DNA of 43,588 bases, from positions 1 to 43,588 of IMG/VR virus record IMGVR_UViG_3300036799_000070, one strand, 5' to 3'. Positions 1-7,572 of the stretch are shown here, piece by piece. The stretch's first letter is position 1, and the number at the start of each line of letters is the position of its first letter. The notes under the pieces are model-generated. The model was given only the letters and a program-made list of their open reading frames with translations, was not told where the DNA came from and searched no databases. The position numbers were made by a program, and so were the translations under genes. Origin of the DNA: a virus.

Positions 1-127
1 ACAAAGCAGAGGCGGAGTATTACGCCCAAGCCGGTAATGCGCACTACGAAGGCATATACTGGCACTGGGTCGAGCCGTGTGGTGAAGACATATGAACATC
101 CTCACACTGGACTTCGAGTCGTTTTTT
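1..127. repeat. terminal direct repeat, copy 1 (circular-closure overlap)
   Basis: Positions 1-127 (acaaagcagaggcgg...gacttcgagtcgtttttt) are identical to 43462-43588. The repeat carries the 3-prime end of a 52-aa ORF and the first 36 nt of the DNA polymerase gene. Confidence 0.95.
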
Positions 128-1927
128 GACCAAGAGTACAGCTTGGACAAGATGACGACTGAGGAGTACGTGCGCGATCCCCGGTTTGAAGTGCACATGT
201 GCGCCGTACGCGATGGGCAAACCGGGACTGTCGAATGGTACACTCGTGCAGAGTTTGAGCAGCTAATGGGGATATGGCGGGCGGGGGGAGTCGTGAGCGA
301 CAAAGCCATTCTTGCGCACCATGCGCAGTTCGATGGCTTGATACTCTCACATCACTATGGCATAAAGCCCGCGATGTGGTTCGACACACTGTCGATGGCG
401 CGTGCCGTGCTCGGTCCCCACATTCCCAAAGGGCTGGGGGCGCTTGCAGAGCATTTCGGATTGGGGGCTAAGAATGTGCCGTATGAGCTATTTAAGGGAA
501 AACATTGGTATGAATTGGCTGCGGCTACGCAGCAGACAGTGGCCGCAGGATGCTGCCACGATGTGGAACTCACTTGGCATTTATTTTGTATCCTTTCGCA
601 AGGGTTCCCAACCTCCGAATTTGCCCTCATCGACGAGACCGTGCGCTTGTTCACAGAGCCTGTACTGGTGGGTGCTGCCGACCGGTTGGATCGAGTCTAT
701 AAAGAGGAAAGAGACACCAAAGACAAACTGCTAGCCGAGTTAGGCGTGACGACGCAGCAGCTGCGGCAGAACGGGGCGTTTATCCGGCTCTTGGAAGCTG
801 AAGGTGTCGAGGTTGAGTGGAAGCCGGGAAAGAATAAAGAAAACCCGTGCTTTGCTAAAACAGACGAGTTCATGCGCGAGCTCGTGGATGACGAGAACCC
901 GCGCGTGGCTGCACTGGCGCAGGCCCGGCTCGATGCGGCAAGCAATCTCACGCTGACTCGCACACAGCGCTTGCGGGGCATGACGGAAAGAGGAAAGCTA
1001 TGTGTGTACTTAAATTATTCTGGCGCGCATACGAAACGATGGAGCGGCGGCGACAAGATGAATTGGCAGAATTTTCGGCGCGGTGCTGCACTTGGATCAG
1101 GAATAGGTGTGGAGGCGGGGTGTGTTATTGTGACCCGCGACGCTTCACAGATAGAATGCCGCATGCTCAACCGGACGGCAGGTCAGTGGGATGTGATTGA
1201 TAAGTTTTTCAGGAAGGAAGACCCCTACATCGGGATTGCCGGCCATTTCTATGGACATGAAGTCTACAAGCCAAAGCAGGGAGACCCGCGCTATGAGGAG
1301 ATGGAGACTAAGCGAGGCACTGGCAAGCAGTTGGAATTATCGTGTGGTTATGGTGCTGGAGGTCCTTCTATCGTTGCAACGGCACGGCGTGGCACGTACG
1401 GTCCTCCTGTTTACCTTACGGAGGATCAGGGGTTAGCCGCGCGTGATCTCTACCGTTCGACGCATCAATGGGTGGTAGCCCTATGGAACAGTGCTAGTCT
1501 CGCCTTGGAAGCCATGGCGCGCGGGGAGACGTTTGAATGGCTGCGGTGTCGAGTGGAGGACAAGCGGCTTTACTTGCCTAACGGCCTGTGGCTGGACTAC
1601 TCGACACTGCACAAGGATGAGCAGGGAGAGTGGAAAGTGGCCACGCGTAATGGCGAAGCGAAGATGTACGGCCCCAAGCTGGTGGAGAATTACATCCAAG
1701 CCATTGCCCGTGTACACCTGGGCAATGCGTGGCTGGCATGTCGGCAAGCTGGGCTGCGCGTAGTGTCCAGTGAGCATGACAAGCTCATTTGTGTGTGTCG
1801 GGAGAGTGAAGCGGAAGCGGTGGCTGCCTTTCTTCATGCTGAGCTGTGTCGGCCTCCCTCATGGATGCCGGACGTTCCCCTGGACTCGGAAGGGTACATC
1901 AGTCACACCTATGCGAAAGAGAACTAA
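92..1927 (+). CDS. family A DNA polymerase with 3-5 exonuclease domain
   Basis: 611-aa ORF. ExoI-like LTLDFES. Motif A-like RDASQIECRML (cf. DYSQIELR). Motif B-like KRGTGKQLELSCGYGAG. Motif C-like SSEHDKLI. The ATG overlaps the stop of the upstream 52-aa ORF (ATGA) across the junction. Confidence 0.85.
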   Translation: MNILTLDFESFFDQEYSLDKMTTEEYVRDPRFEVHMCAVRDGQTGTVEWYTRAEFEQLMGIWRAGGVVSDKAILAHHAQFDGLILSHHYGIKPAMWFDTLSMARAVLGPHIPKGLGALAEHFGLGAKNVPYELFKGKHWYELAAATQQTVAAGCCHDVELTWHLFCILSQGFPTSEFALIDETVRLFTEPVLVGAADRLDRVYKEERDTKDKLLAELGVTTQQLRQNGAFIRLLEAEGVEVEWKPGKNKENPCFAKTDEFMRELVDDENPRVAALAQARLDAASNLTLTRTQRLRGMTERGKLCVYLNYSGAHTKRWSGGDKMNWQNFRRGAALGSGIGVEAGCVIVTRDASQIECRMLNRTAGQWDVIDKFFRKEDPYIGIAGHFYGHEVYKPKQGDPRYEEMETKRGTGKQLELSCGYGAGGPSIVATARRGTYGPPVYLTEDQGLAARDLYRSTHQWVVALWNSASLALEAMARGETFEWLRCRVEDKRLYLPNGLWLDYSTLHKDEQGEWKVATRNGEAKMYGPKLVENYIQAIARVHLGNAWLACRQAGLRVVSSEHDKLICVCRESEAEAVAAFLHAELCRPPSWMPDVPLDSEGYISHTYAKEN

Positions 1928-1928
1928 C

Positions 1929-2177
1929 ATGTCTTTAACAGGGCCAATGCTTATTTATTACGATTCGCTTATGCAAACAGCAAAAGAGTACCCTGAAAAG
2001 GAACGCTGGCCGCTTATTATGCTGGGGGCTCTTGCCCCTGCCGCTGCAACTATCATAGGTACAGCAGCCACACTTGAAGATGCGTTGCAACTTGCAAAAG
2101 GGGTGCAGCCGATGTTTGAATTTCTTATTAAAGAAAAATTTGCTGCGTGGAAAAAACCTCCTGGAGTGATGCAATGA
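1929..2177 (+). CDS. hypothetical small protein with hydrophobic segment
   Basis: 82 aa from the ATG two nt after the polymerase stop. The longer track ORF 1770-2177 overlaps the polymerase gene. Hydrophobic stretch WPLIMLGALAPAAATIIGTAA. The stop overlaps the next start (ATGA). Confidence 0.5.
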   Translation: MSLTGPMLIYYDSLMQTAKEYPEKERWPLIMLGALAPAAATIIGTAATLEDALQLAKGVQPMFEFLIKEKFAAWKKPPGVMQ

Positions 2178-2833
2178 CCTTCATCCCTAGCTACACATTC
2201 TACAATGATTTCGACAACTGCCCGCACAAAGCGTGGCGCAAGCACATCAAGCGCGATCTGCCCTACGAGGAGAAGTCGGAGGCGCAGCACAAGGGCACGC
2301 GCATGCACGTCGCCATGGAGAACGCCATAGGCAAGGATATGCCATTGCCCGAAGAATGGCAATCGGCGCGAGCGCTTGTGGACATGTTTCGGGGGATGCC
2401 CGACACCTACCCGCTCCATGTCGAGTACAAGCTTGCTATGATGATGGATGGACCGTGCGCTTATGATGCGAAAGCTGCGTGGTTTCGGGGAAAGCTGGAC
2501 GTGGTTTGCATGACGCCAAACAGTGGCGCATGGATCATCGATTGGAAAACGGGCAAGGTTCGCGAGGAACGGCTCGAATTGGAGTGTCAAGCGCTCCTGT
2601 TGAAAACGAACCATCCAAGCCTCAACCCAATCGTCGGGGAATACTACTGGTTCACGGAGGGTCGCCCTGGCCAAAGGTATACTTTTGACCCTGCCTCTAC
2701 TTTTATTAAATTGCGCAACAGGTGGGTGCAGATGAAGCGATATGAGGAGCGGCAGGACTTTCCTAAGCGCCCCAATCCACTCTGTGGTTACTGCCCTGTG
2801 AAAGACTGTGAGTTTAATACGGTGGGAAAATGA
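2174..2833 (+). CDS. PD-(D/E)XK nuclease, Cas4/RecB-like with 4-Cys cluster layout
   Basis: 219 aa from ATG 2174 (ATGA overlap). Core LDVVCM...AWIIDWKTGK (D...D/E-x-K). One N-terminal Cys (DNCPHKAW) plus C-terminal CGYCPVKDC, matching the Cas4-type Fe-S cysteine arrangement. Confidence 0.75.
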   Translation: MTFIPSYTFYNDFDNCPHKAWRKHIKRDLPYEEKSEAQHKGTRMHVAMENAIGKDMPLPEEWQSARALVDMFRGMPDTYPLHVEYKLAMMMDGPCAYDAKAAWFRGKLDVVCMTPNSGAWIIDWKTGKVREERLELECQALLLKTNHPSLNPIVGEYYWFTEGRPGQRYTFDPASTFIKLRNRWVQMKRYEERQDFPKRPNPLCGYCPVKDCEFNTVGK

Positions 2834-3075
2834 ACAAGCAACGCATGCTTCGCGTAATTTTAAGTGGTGGATATTCCGATTCCATGATCGGAGAAGATTT
2901 TGACATGCATATAGCCGCAAGTCATTTGATGGAGAACGGTTATCTTATCATAGCTAATGGGGAAGGGTACTTCCCTGCCTCCGAGATCAAGGCGATGTTT
3001 ATCTACCAAACTGCCGACCCGCCACAGCAGAGTGGTGATCCCAACATCATCATCTTTCCGAAGCCAGCCGCATGA
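2830..3075 (+). CDS. hypothetical protein
   Basis: 81-aa ORF, ATGA-coupled at both ends. No motif recognised. Confidence 0.6.
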   Translation: MNKQRMLRVILSGGYSDSMIGEDFDMHIAASHLMENGYLIIANGEGYFPASEIKAMFIYQTADPPQQSGDPNIIIFPKPAA

Positions 3076-3377
3076 AAACCTTCAAACATCCCCGGACCGA
3101 GAGAAAGCTGAAAGTCGAAGTAATGTCTATGCTCAATGAGCACGGCGCATGGACCTTCATGCCCGTACCGACAGGGATGCAGATGGCTACGCTCGACTTT
3201 CTAGGCTGCTACAAAGGTCGATTCTTTGCGATCGAGACTAAGCGGCCAGGTGAAATTCCAACCGCACGGCAGACGCAGTGCATGCAGCAGATCAAGGACG
3301 CGGGCGGGTTCTCGTGTTGGGGTGACAACATCGATCATATCCGCACGTTTTTTACTTTGTGGGCTTCGACGCTATGA
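3072..3377 (+). CDS. VRR-NUC domain nuclease
   Basis: 101 aa. LDFLGCYKGRFFAIETKRP gives the D...E-x-K core. QTQCMQQIKDAGG follows, as in VRR-NUC proteins. It sits directly upstream of an SNF2 helicase, a common phage pairing. Confidence 0.75.
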   Translation: MKTFKHPRTERKLKVEVMSMLNEHGAWTFMPVPTGMQMATLDFLGCYKGRFFAIETKRPGEIPTARQTQCMQQIKDAGGFSCWGDNIDHIRTFFTLWASTL

Positions 3378-5041
3378 CCTTCTGGTACGACAAGCCCAGC
3401 AACATGCTGGTCTACCCCAACCTGCCTATGCAAACGCAGGACTTTGCGCTGAAATACGCGGACGCGATCCAAATCACGAGACCCAACAGCCACTCATTCG
3501 GAGATATCGCCGTCGAGGCTACACTGGAGAATATGCAGAAGCTTAGGCTTCTGCGGCTTCCTGTACTGCCTCCGGTGACAGACGAGAATTATGACTGGCC
3601 GATCCGCGCGCCTTACTACCCGCGTGAGCACCAGCGGGTTATGACCAACTTCATGGTGCTACATCCGAGGTCATTCAATCTGTCCGACATGGGCACCATG
3701 AAGACCTTAGCCGCACTGTGGGCTGCCGAGGTCATCATGAAGCGTAACCCTGGCCAGAAGGCTTTGATCGTTTGCCCGCTCTCTATCATGCGTCGCGTGT
3801 GGGCTGACGCACTGTTCACGCACTTCATGGGCCGGCGCAAGTGCAAGATCGTCCATGGCACGTCCGATGCGCGCATGCGAGCTCTGGATACCGACGTGGA
3901 CTTCTACATCATCAACCATGATGGACTCTGTGTAGGAATTGAATATGACACGAAAAACAGGATCATTCTCAAAGAACACACGGTCCCGTACGCGATCAAG
4001 AACCGTCAAGATATCAATATCATCATTGTTGACGAAGCTTCAGCCTTTCGCAACGGCTCTTCTCGACGTTCAAGAGTCGCTAGAGCAATTTTCCAAGACA
4101 AACCCTATTTGTGGCCCCTCACTGGAACCCCCACTTCAAATGGTCCACTCGACGCGCATGGCCTTGCCCGCCTTGTCAATGGGGCTTTTGGCGAACCCTA
4201 CACGTCATACAAAAGACGGGTGATGGTGCAAGTCACCAACTTCAAATGGGCGCCGCGTCCTGGCGCTCACATCGAGGCGCACAAGCTTCTGCAGCCATCA
4301 ATCCGGTTCCAGATGCGCGACTGCACCGACGTGCCCCCCTGCACGGAGGAGACACGAGATGTGGCTCTTAGCGATGAACAAAAAGAAAAGTACAATGAGT
4401 TGAAGCGGGACCTAGTCCTTGATCTCGGACAAAATAAAAAGCTTACCGTCGCGCACGAAGCCGCGTTGCGCTTAAAACTAATTCAGATCAGTTGCGGCGC
4501 GCTGTACGACCATGATCATGTGGTGCACTTCATCGACTGCAAGCCGCGCATTGCAGAATTGAAAGCTGTACTGGACGAAGCTCCGACAAAAGTGATCGTA
4601 TTTGCACCCTTGACAAGTGTGGTGCATATGCTGTATGAGAAATGCTTGGAGTGGAACAAGAACAATGAAAGATTCTCATGTGAGTTTATTACCGGAGTCG
4701 ATTTCCCGAACCCCAAAGATAGAGATGATATTTTTAGACGCTTCCAATCCGAAGGAAGCGCACCGAATATACTCATTGGCGACCCCGGCACCATGCACCA
4801 TGGGCTCAACCTCTTTGCTGCGTCTGTCGTGGTCTGGTACGGTCCTACAGATAGAACTGAAGTCTACTTGCAAGCCAATCGACGCATTGATCGCCCAGGA
4901 CAGCAGGTACATACAACGATTGTACGACTTGCTTCTACCCCTGTTGAGCGGGAAATCTACCGGCGTCTGAGCGCCAACCAGAACATGCAGGGGTTGATTT
5001 TAGGGCTCGCAAAAGAGGGGGATGGAAATGGCAACACCTGA
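3374..5041 (+). CDS. SNF2-family helicase/ATPase
   Basis: ATG 3374 overlaps the upstream stop (ATGA). The track ORF begins at 3359. Motif I-like DMGTMKT, motif II IIIVDEASAFRN, motif III LTGTPTSNGPLD, motif VI QANRRIDRPGQ. Confidence 0.85.
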   Translation: MTFWYDKPSNMLVYPNLPMQTQDFALKYADAIQITRPNSHSFGDIAVEATLENMQKLRLLRLPVLPPVTDENYDWPIRAPYYPREHQRVMTNFMVLHPRSFNLSDMGTMKTLAALWAAEVIMKRNPGQKALIVCPLSIMRRVWADALFTHFMGRRKCKIVHGTSDARMRALDTDVDFYIINHDGLCVGIEYDTKNRIILKEHTVPYAIKNRQDINIIIVDEASAFRNGSSRRSRVARAIFQDKPYLWPLTGTPTSNGPLDAHGLARLVNGAFGEPYTSYKRRVMVQVTNFKWAPRPGAHIEAHKLLQPSIRFQMRDCTDVPPCTEETRDVALSDEQKEKYNELKRDLVLDLGQNKKLTVAHEAALRLKLIQISCGALYDHDHVVHFIDCKPRIAELKAVLDEAPTKVIVFAPLTSVVHMLYEKCLEWNKNNERFSCEFITGVDFPNPKDRDDIFRRFQSEGSAPNILIGDPGTMHHGLNLFAASVVVWYGPTDRTEVYLQANRRIDRPGQQVHTTIVRLASTPVEREIYRRLSANQNMQGLILGLAKEGDGNGNT

Positions 5042-5450
5042 TGGTCGAGATGATAAGTCGCAAGTGCCCTACACCATGGAGGAGCTTATTAGGCAGTACC
5101 GCATGCTTGAGGCCGATGAAAAAGAGTTGGTAAAAGAGCAAGCCGAAGCCTTGCGTCCTTATGTCGAGGGGAAAATGTTCATCAAAAACTTTATCCTGCA
5201 CATATTGGACCAGCAAGGTGAAAAGAGCGTCAATACGAGTGCCGGCACTGCCTACATCAGTAGCGGTCCAAAACCCAAGGTTGATAACCGCGATGTTTTA
5301 CTGGAACATGTACGGGAACACGATGCTTGGGACATGCTGGACATCGGAGTGCTTCTCAACCCCGTAAAAGACTTTCTTGACAAGTCGGGAGGTGAACCGC
5401 CTCCCGGTGTGACGATCGAGTATTGGCGCAGGTGCAACATAAGGAAATGA
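5022..5450 (+). CDS. hypothetical protein, Gam/Gp157-like layout (tentative)
   Basis: 142 aa. An N-terminal helical, coiled-coil-like segment (EELIRQYRMLEADEKELVKEQAEAL) is followed by KSVNTSAGTAYISSGPKPKV. The layout resembles the Mu Gam / Gp157 family. Recognition is by eye only. Confidence 0.4.
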   Translation: MEMATPDGRDDKSQVPYTMEELIRQYRMLEADEKELVKEQAEALRPYVEGKMFIKNFILHILDQQGEKSVNTSAGTAYISSGPKPKVDNRDVLLEHVREHDAWDMLDIGVLLNPVKDFLDKSGGEPPPGVTIEYWRRCNIRK

Positions 5451-6751
5451 CATCCATGAACGCACAAGCAGGACTACCGGAAGTGCTGGTAAACCGTCAG
5501 CGTCGAGTTTCAGTTAGTGAAGATGCTACACAAGGGCTAGGCATTTCCCGTGGGGCGCACTGCTCCATCCGGGCCGCCCGGTTCCGACTGATCGATGCCA
5601 ACGGAGTCGAGACACTTGTTCCAAATCTTCACCTGGACGTGGTGATTATTCGGGCCAACCCGAAGACGAGCAAGCTTTATTTTGCCGCGGGATCTTATGA
5701 TCCTAACTCAACCGACCCCCCGGCTTGCTACAGTGATAATGGGATCGGCCCCAGCTCAAATGCGCTGCAACCGCAGCACCCAACGTGTGGGCCGTGCCCG
5801 CACAACCAGATGAATAGTAAAATCAACCCGCAGACAGGTAAGGGTTCCAAGGCGTGTTCGGACCGCAAGAAAATTGCGTTCATCATCCCCGGAGACCCCG
5901 CGGTAAACGTGTACGAGCTTCAGGTTCCGCCAGACTCGTTGGGCAATTTGAAGTCCTATTCGGCTTTCCTATCCCAACAGGCGACGGGCGGGCAGCGCAA
6001 GGTGGACATCGGAGATATGGTCACACGTCTGTCGTTTGATGAAAAAGCCTCGCACCCCCGTCTCAAATTTGAGCCCGTGGGCTGGGCCGACGACACTCAC
6101 ACTTTGCAGATGATCGATTACATCTACGAGGGTGGGCTCGACCGCGCAGCAGTGGGGCTTGATGACCAGCCGGCCGACCCGGAAATCGTTCGTCAGTCGA
6201 TCGGTCTGCGATCGCAGCATGCGCAGCTCGCGCCGCAGCGGGCCGACCCGCAGTTCCAGTTGCCACTGCGACAGGAAGGTGGAAATGGCTCAGGCATTGG
6301 TGGGACTATGATGCCTCTTATGGTTCCGGCACCACAGTTCCAGCCGCAGCCGCAGCCGCAGCCGCAGCCGCAGCCGCAGCCGCAGCCGCAGCCGCAGCCG
6401 CAGCCGCAGCCGCAGCCGCAGCCGCAGCCGCAGCCGCAGCCGCAGCAGCCTAAGCGACTTGGCCGCCCAAAGAAGCAGCCTGAGCAGCCTGCTGTCCCGT
6501 CCGCTCCCCCGGCACCCCAGTTCTCTCCTCCCACACCAGCAACGCCCGTAGCCGCAGCTCCGGGCATGCCTGACATCCCCGAGTTCCTGAGACGGCCGGC
6601 TGTACCTACAGCCCCCCCTGTGCCCCCGGCGCAGCCGGCCCAGCCCCAGCCATCCGTAGCACCTCAGTACGGAATGGCTGGGGCGCCTCCTCTACCTCAG
6701 CAGGTCGCGGAAGCTCTGCAAGCCGCAATGCGCATGCCGCCACGTCGGTAA
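5447..6751 (+). CDS. 4-Cys protein with (PQ)17 and proline-rich C-terminal half; putative DNA-binding replication/recombination accessory
   Basis: 434 aa from ATG 5447 (ATGA overlap, AAGGA upstream). Cys pattern CYSDNG...CGPCPHNQ...GSKACSD. The C-terminal ~150 aa are P/Q/A-rich and include 17 QP dipeptides. Function is inferred from position only. Confidence 0.6.
   Translation: MTSMNAQAGLPEVLVNRQRRVSVSEDATQGLGISRGAHCSIRAARFRLIDANGVETLVPNLHLDVVIIRANPKTSKLYFAAGSYDPNSTDPPACYSDNGIGPSSNALQPQHPTCGPCPHNQMNSKINPQTGKGSKACSDRKKIAFIIPGDPAVNVYELQVPPDSLGNLKSYSAFLSQQATGGQRKVDIGDMVTRLSFDEKASHPRLKFEPVGWADDTHTLQMIDYIYEGGLDRAAVGLDDQPADPEIVRQSIGLRSQHAQLAPQRADPQFQLPLRQEGGNGSGIGGTMMPLMVPAPQFQPQPQPQPQPQPQPQPQPQPQPQPQPQPQPQPQPQQPKRLGRPKKQPEQPAVPSAPPAPQFSPPTPATPVAAAPGMPDIPEFLRRPAVPTAPPVPPAQPAQPQPSVAPQYGMAGAPPLPQQVAEALQAAMRMPPRR
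6341..6442 (+). repeat. perfect hexanucleotide tandem repeat (CAGCCG)x17, in-frame (QP)17
   Basis: Counted directly: 17 uninterrupted CAGCCG units from 6341 to 6442, followed by CAGCAG. Confidence 0.95.
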
Positions 6752-6892
6752 TCTTGGTTCCGTCTTGTCCGTGTCATTCAGCCAGCCAGGGCAGGGGCAG
6801 GTTGCTCCCAGAAAGGTGTCCTCCGGGGGCAAGACGGTTCATGGGTTCCGGTCAAGGATGCCAACCTGCCCATTAAAAAGGAAAATAAACCT

Positions 6893-7489
6893 ATGAAGCA
6901 ACTTTCTTTCTCCGACCGCATGCGCAAGGCGCTTGTTGCGGCTGAGATGTCCGTGTCGAACGCCGCTTTGTGGTTCGAACGCACGCGGCCCACTGTGGCA
7001 AGCTGGGCTACTCGAGAACCGCGCCTTGACCCCCGAGGACTTCGCGCCCGGTGGCGCCTTGCCTTGCTGGAACGTGCGATCCGTGATCGGATGGGCTTCC
7101 CCATCCCGCCCCAAATGAATGACAAACAACGGGCGAAGCACGTCATGGAGAGGCTCAATGCATTACGACGACACGAGGCCCAGCCCGGAGGAGTTGACAC
7201 GCCAGTTCGCAGAGTTCCAAAGGCTACAAGCAAACGTGCAGCCAATGGAGCAGGTCGAAGCAAACGCACTGCAAAACGTGGAAAAGTGGTCAAAAAAGCT
7301 GGACGAATCAGAGCTAAGTCCGCACGATCTAGACCACCTGTACCAGCTCGCGGTCGTGCAACTGCAAAGGCTGTTGGCGATCGACATCGCCCCAACGGAC
7401 CCAAAGTACGCCATTCACAACCGAAACCTAAACGCATCGATCAACATCTTGTTGACGTTCCTGTCGCGGCAGAAGAAGCCGCCCATTGA
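6893..7489 (+). CDS. HTH-like DNA-binding protein with long Arg/Lys-rich tail that overlaps the next gene
   Basis: 198-aa ORF. The N-terminal ~90 aa look like an HTH regulator (EMSVSNAALWFERTRPTVASWA). From about 7160 the frame continues without a stop as a K/R-rich tail while another frame carries a better-looking gene. Confidence 0.55.
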   Translation: MKQLSFSDRMRKALVAAEMSVSNAALWFERTRPTVASWATREPRLDPRGLRARWRLALLERAIRDRMGFPIPPQMNDKQRAKHVMERLNALRRHEAQPGGVDTPVRRVPKATSKRAANGAGRSKRTAKRGKVVKKAGRIRAKSARSRPPVPARGRATAKAVGDRHRPNGPKVRHSQPKPKRIDQHLVDVPVAAEEAAH

Positions 7490-7568
7490 TCGTCTCCCCG
7501 AGCTTCTGAAGCTGATCGATGACAACGAAGCGGAGTTAAGAGCCCGCTTCGGGGTTCGCGCGGCATAA
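7158..7568 (+). CDS. hypothetical helical protein
   Basis: 136 aa from ATG 7158 (MHYDDTRPSPEELTRQFAEFQRLQ...). By hand count the third-position G+C here is clearly higher than in the overlapping 6893 frame. Ends 4 nt before the primase gene. Confidence 0.6.
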   Translation: MHYDDTRPSPEELTRQFAEFQRLQANVQPMEQVEANALQNVEKWSKKLDESELSPHDLDHLYQLAVVQLQRLLAIDIAPTDPKYAIHNRNLNASINILLTFLSRQKKPPIDRLPELLKLIDDNEAELRARFGVRAA

Positions 7569-7572
7569 CACT

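Noticed and set aside
1958-2920. 320-aa minus-strand ORF across the Cas4-like nuclease region
   Set aside because: It is antisense to two motif-supported plus-strand genes. It has an R/H/L-rich composition without motifs and does not fit the stop-start coupled operon structure.
6341-6442. Regular short repeats as a possible CRISPR array
   Set aside because: The units are 6 nt, contiguous with no spacers, and in frame inside a coding sequence. This is a coding microsatellite.
6778-7437. 219-aa minus-strand ORF overlapping the HTH gene region
   Set aside because: It is Arg/Ala-rich shadow sequence in a GC-rich stretch, on the opposite strand to the whole early arm, with no ribosome-binding site.
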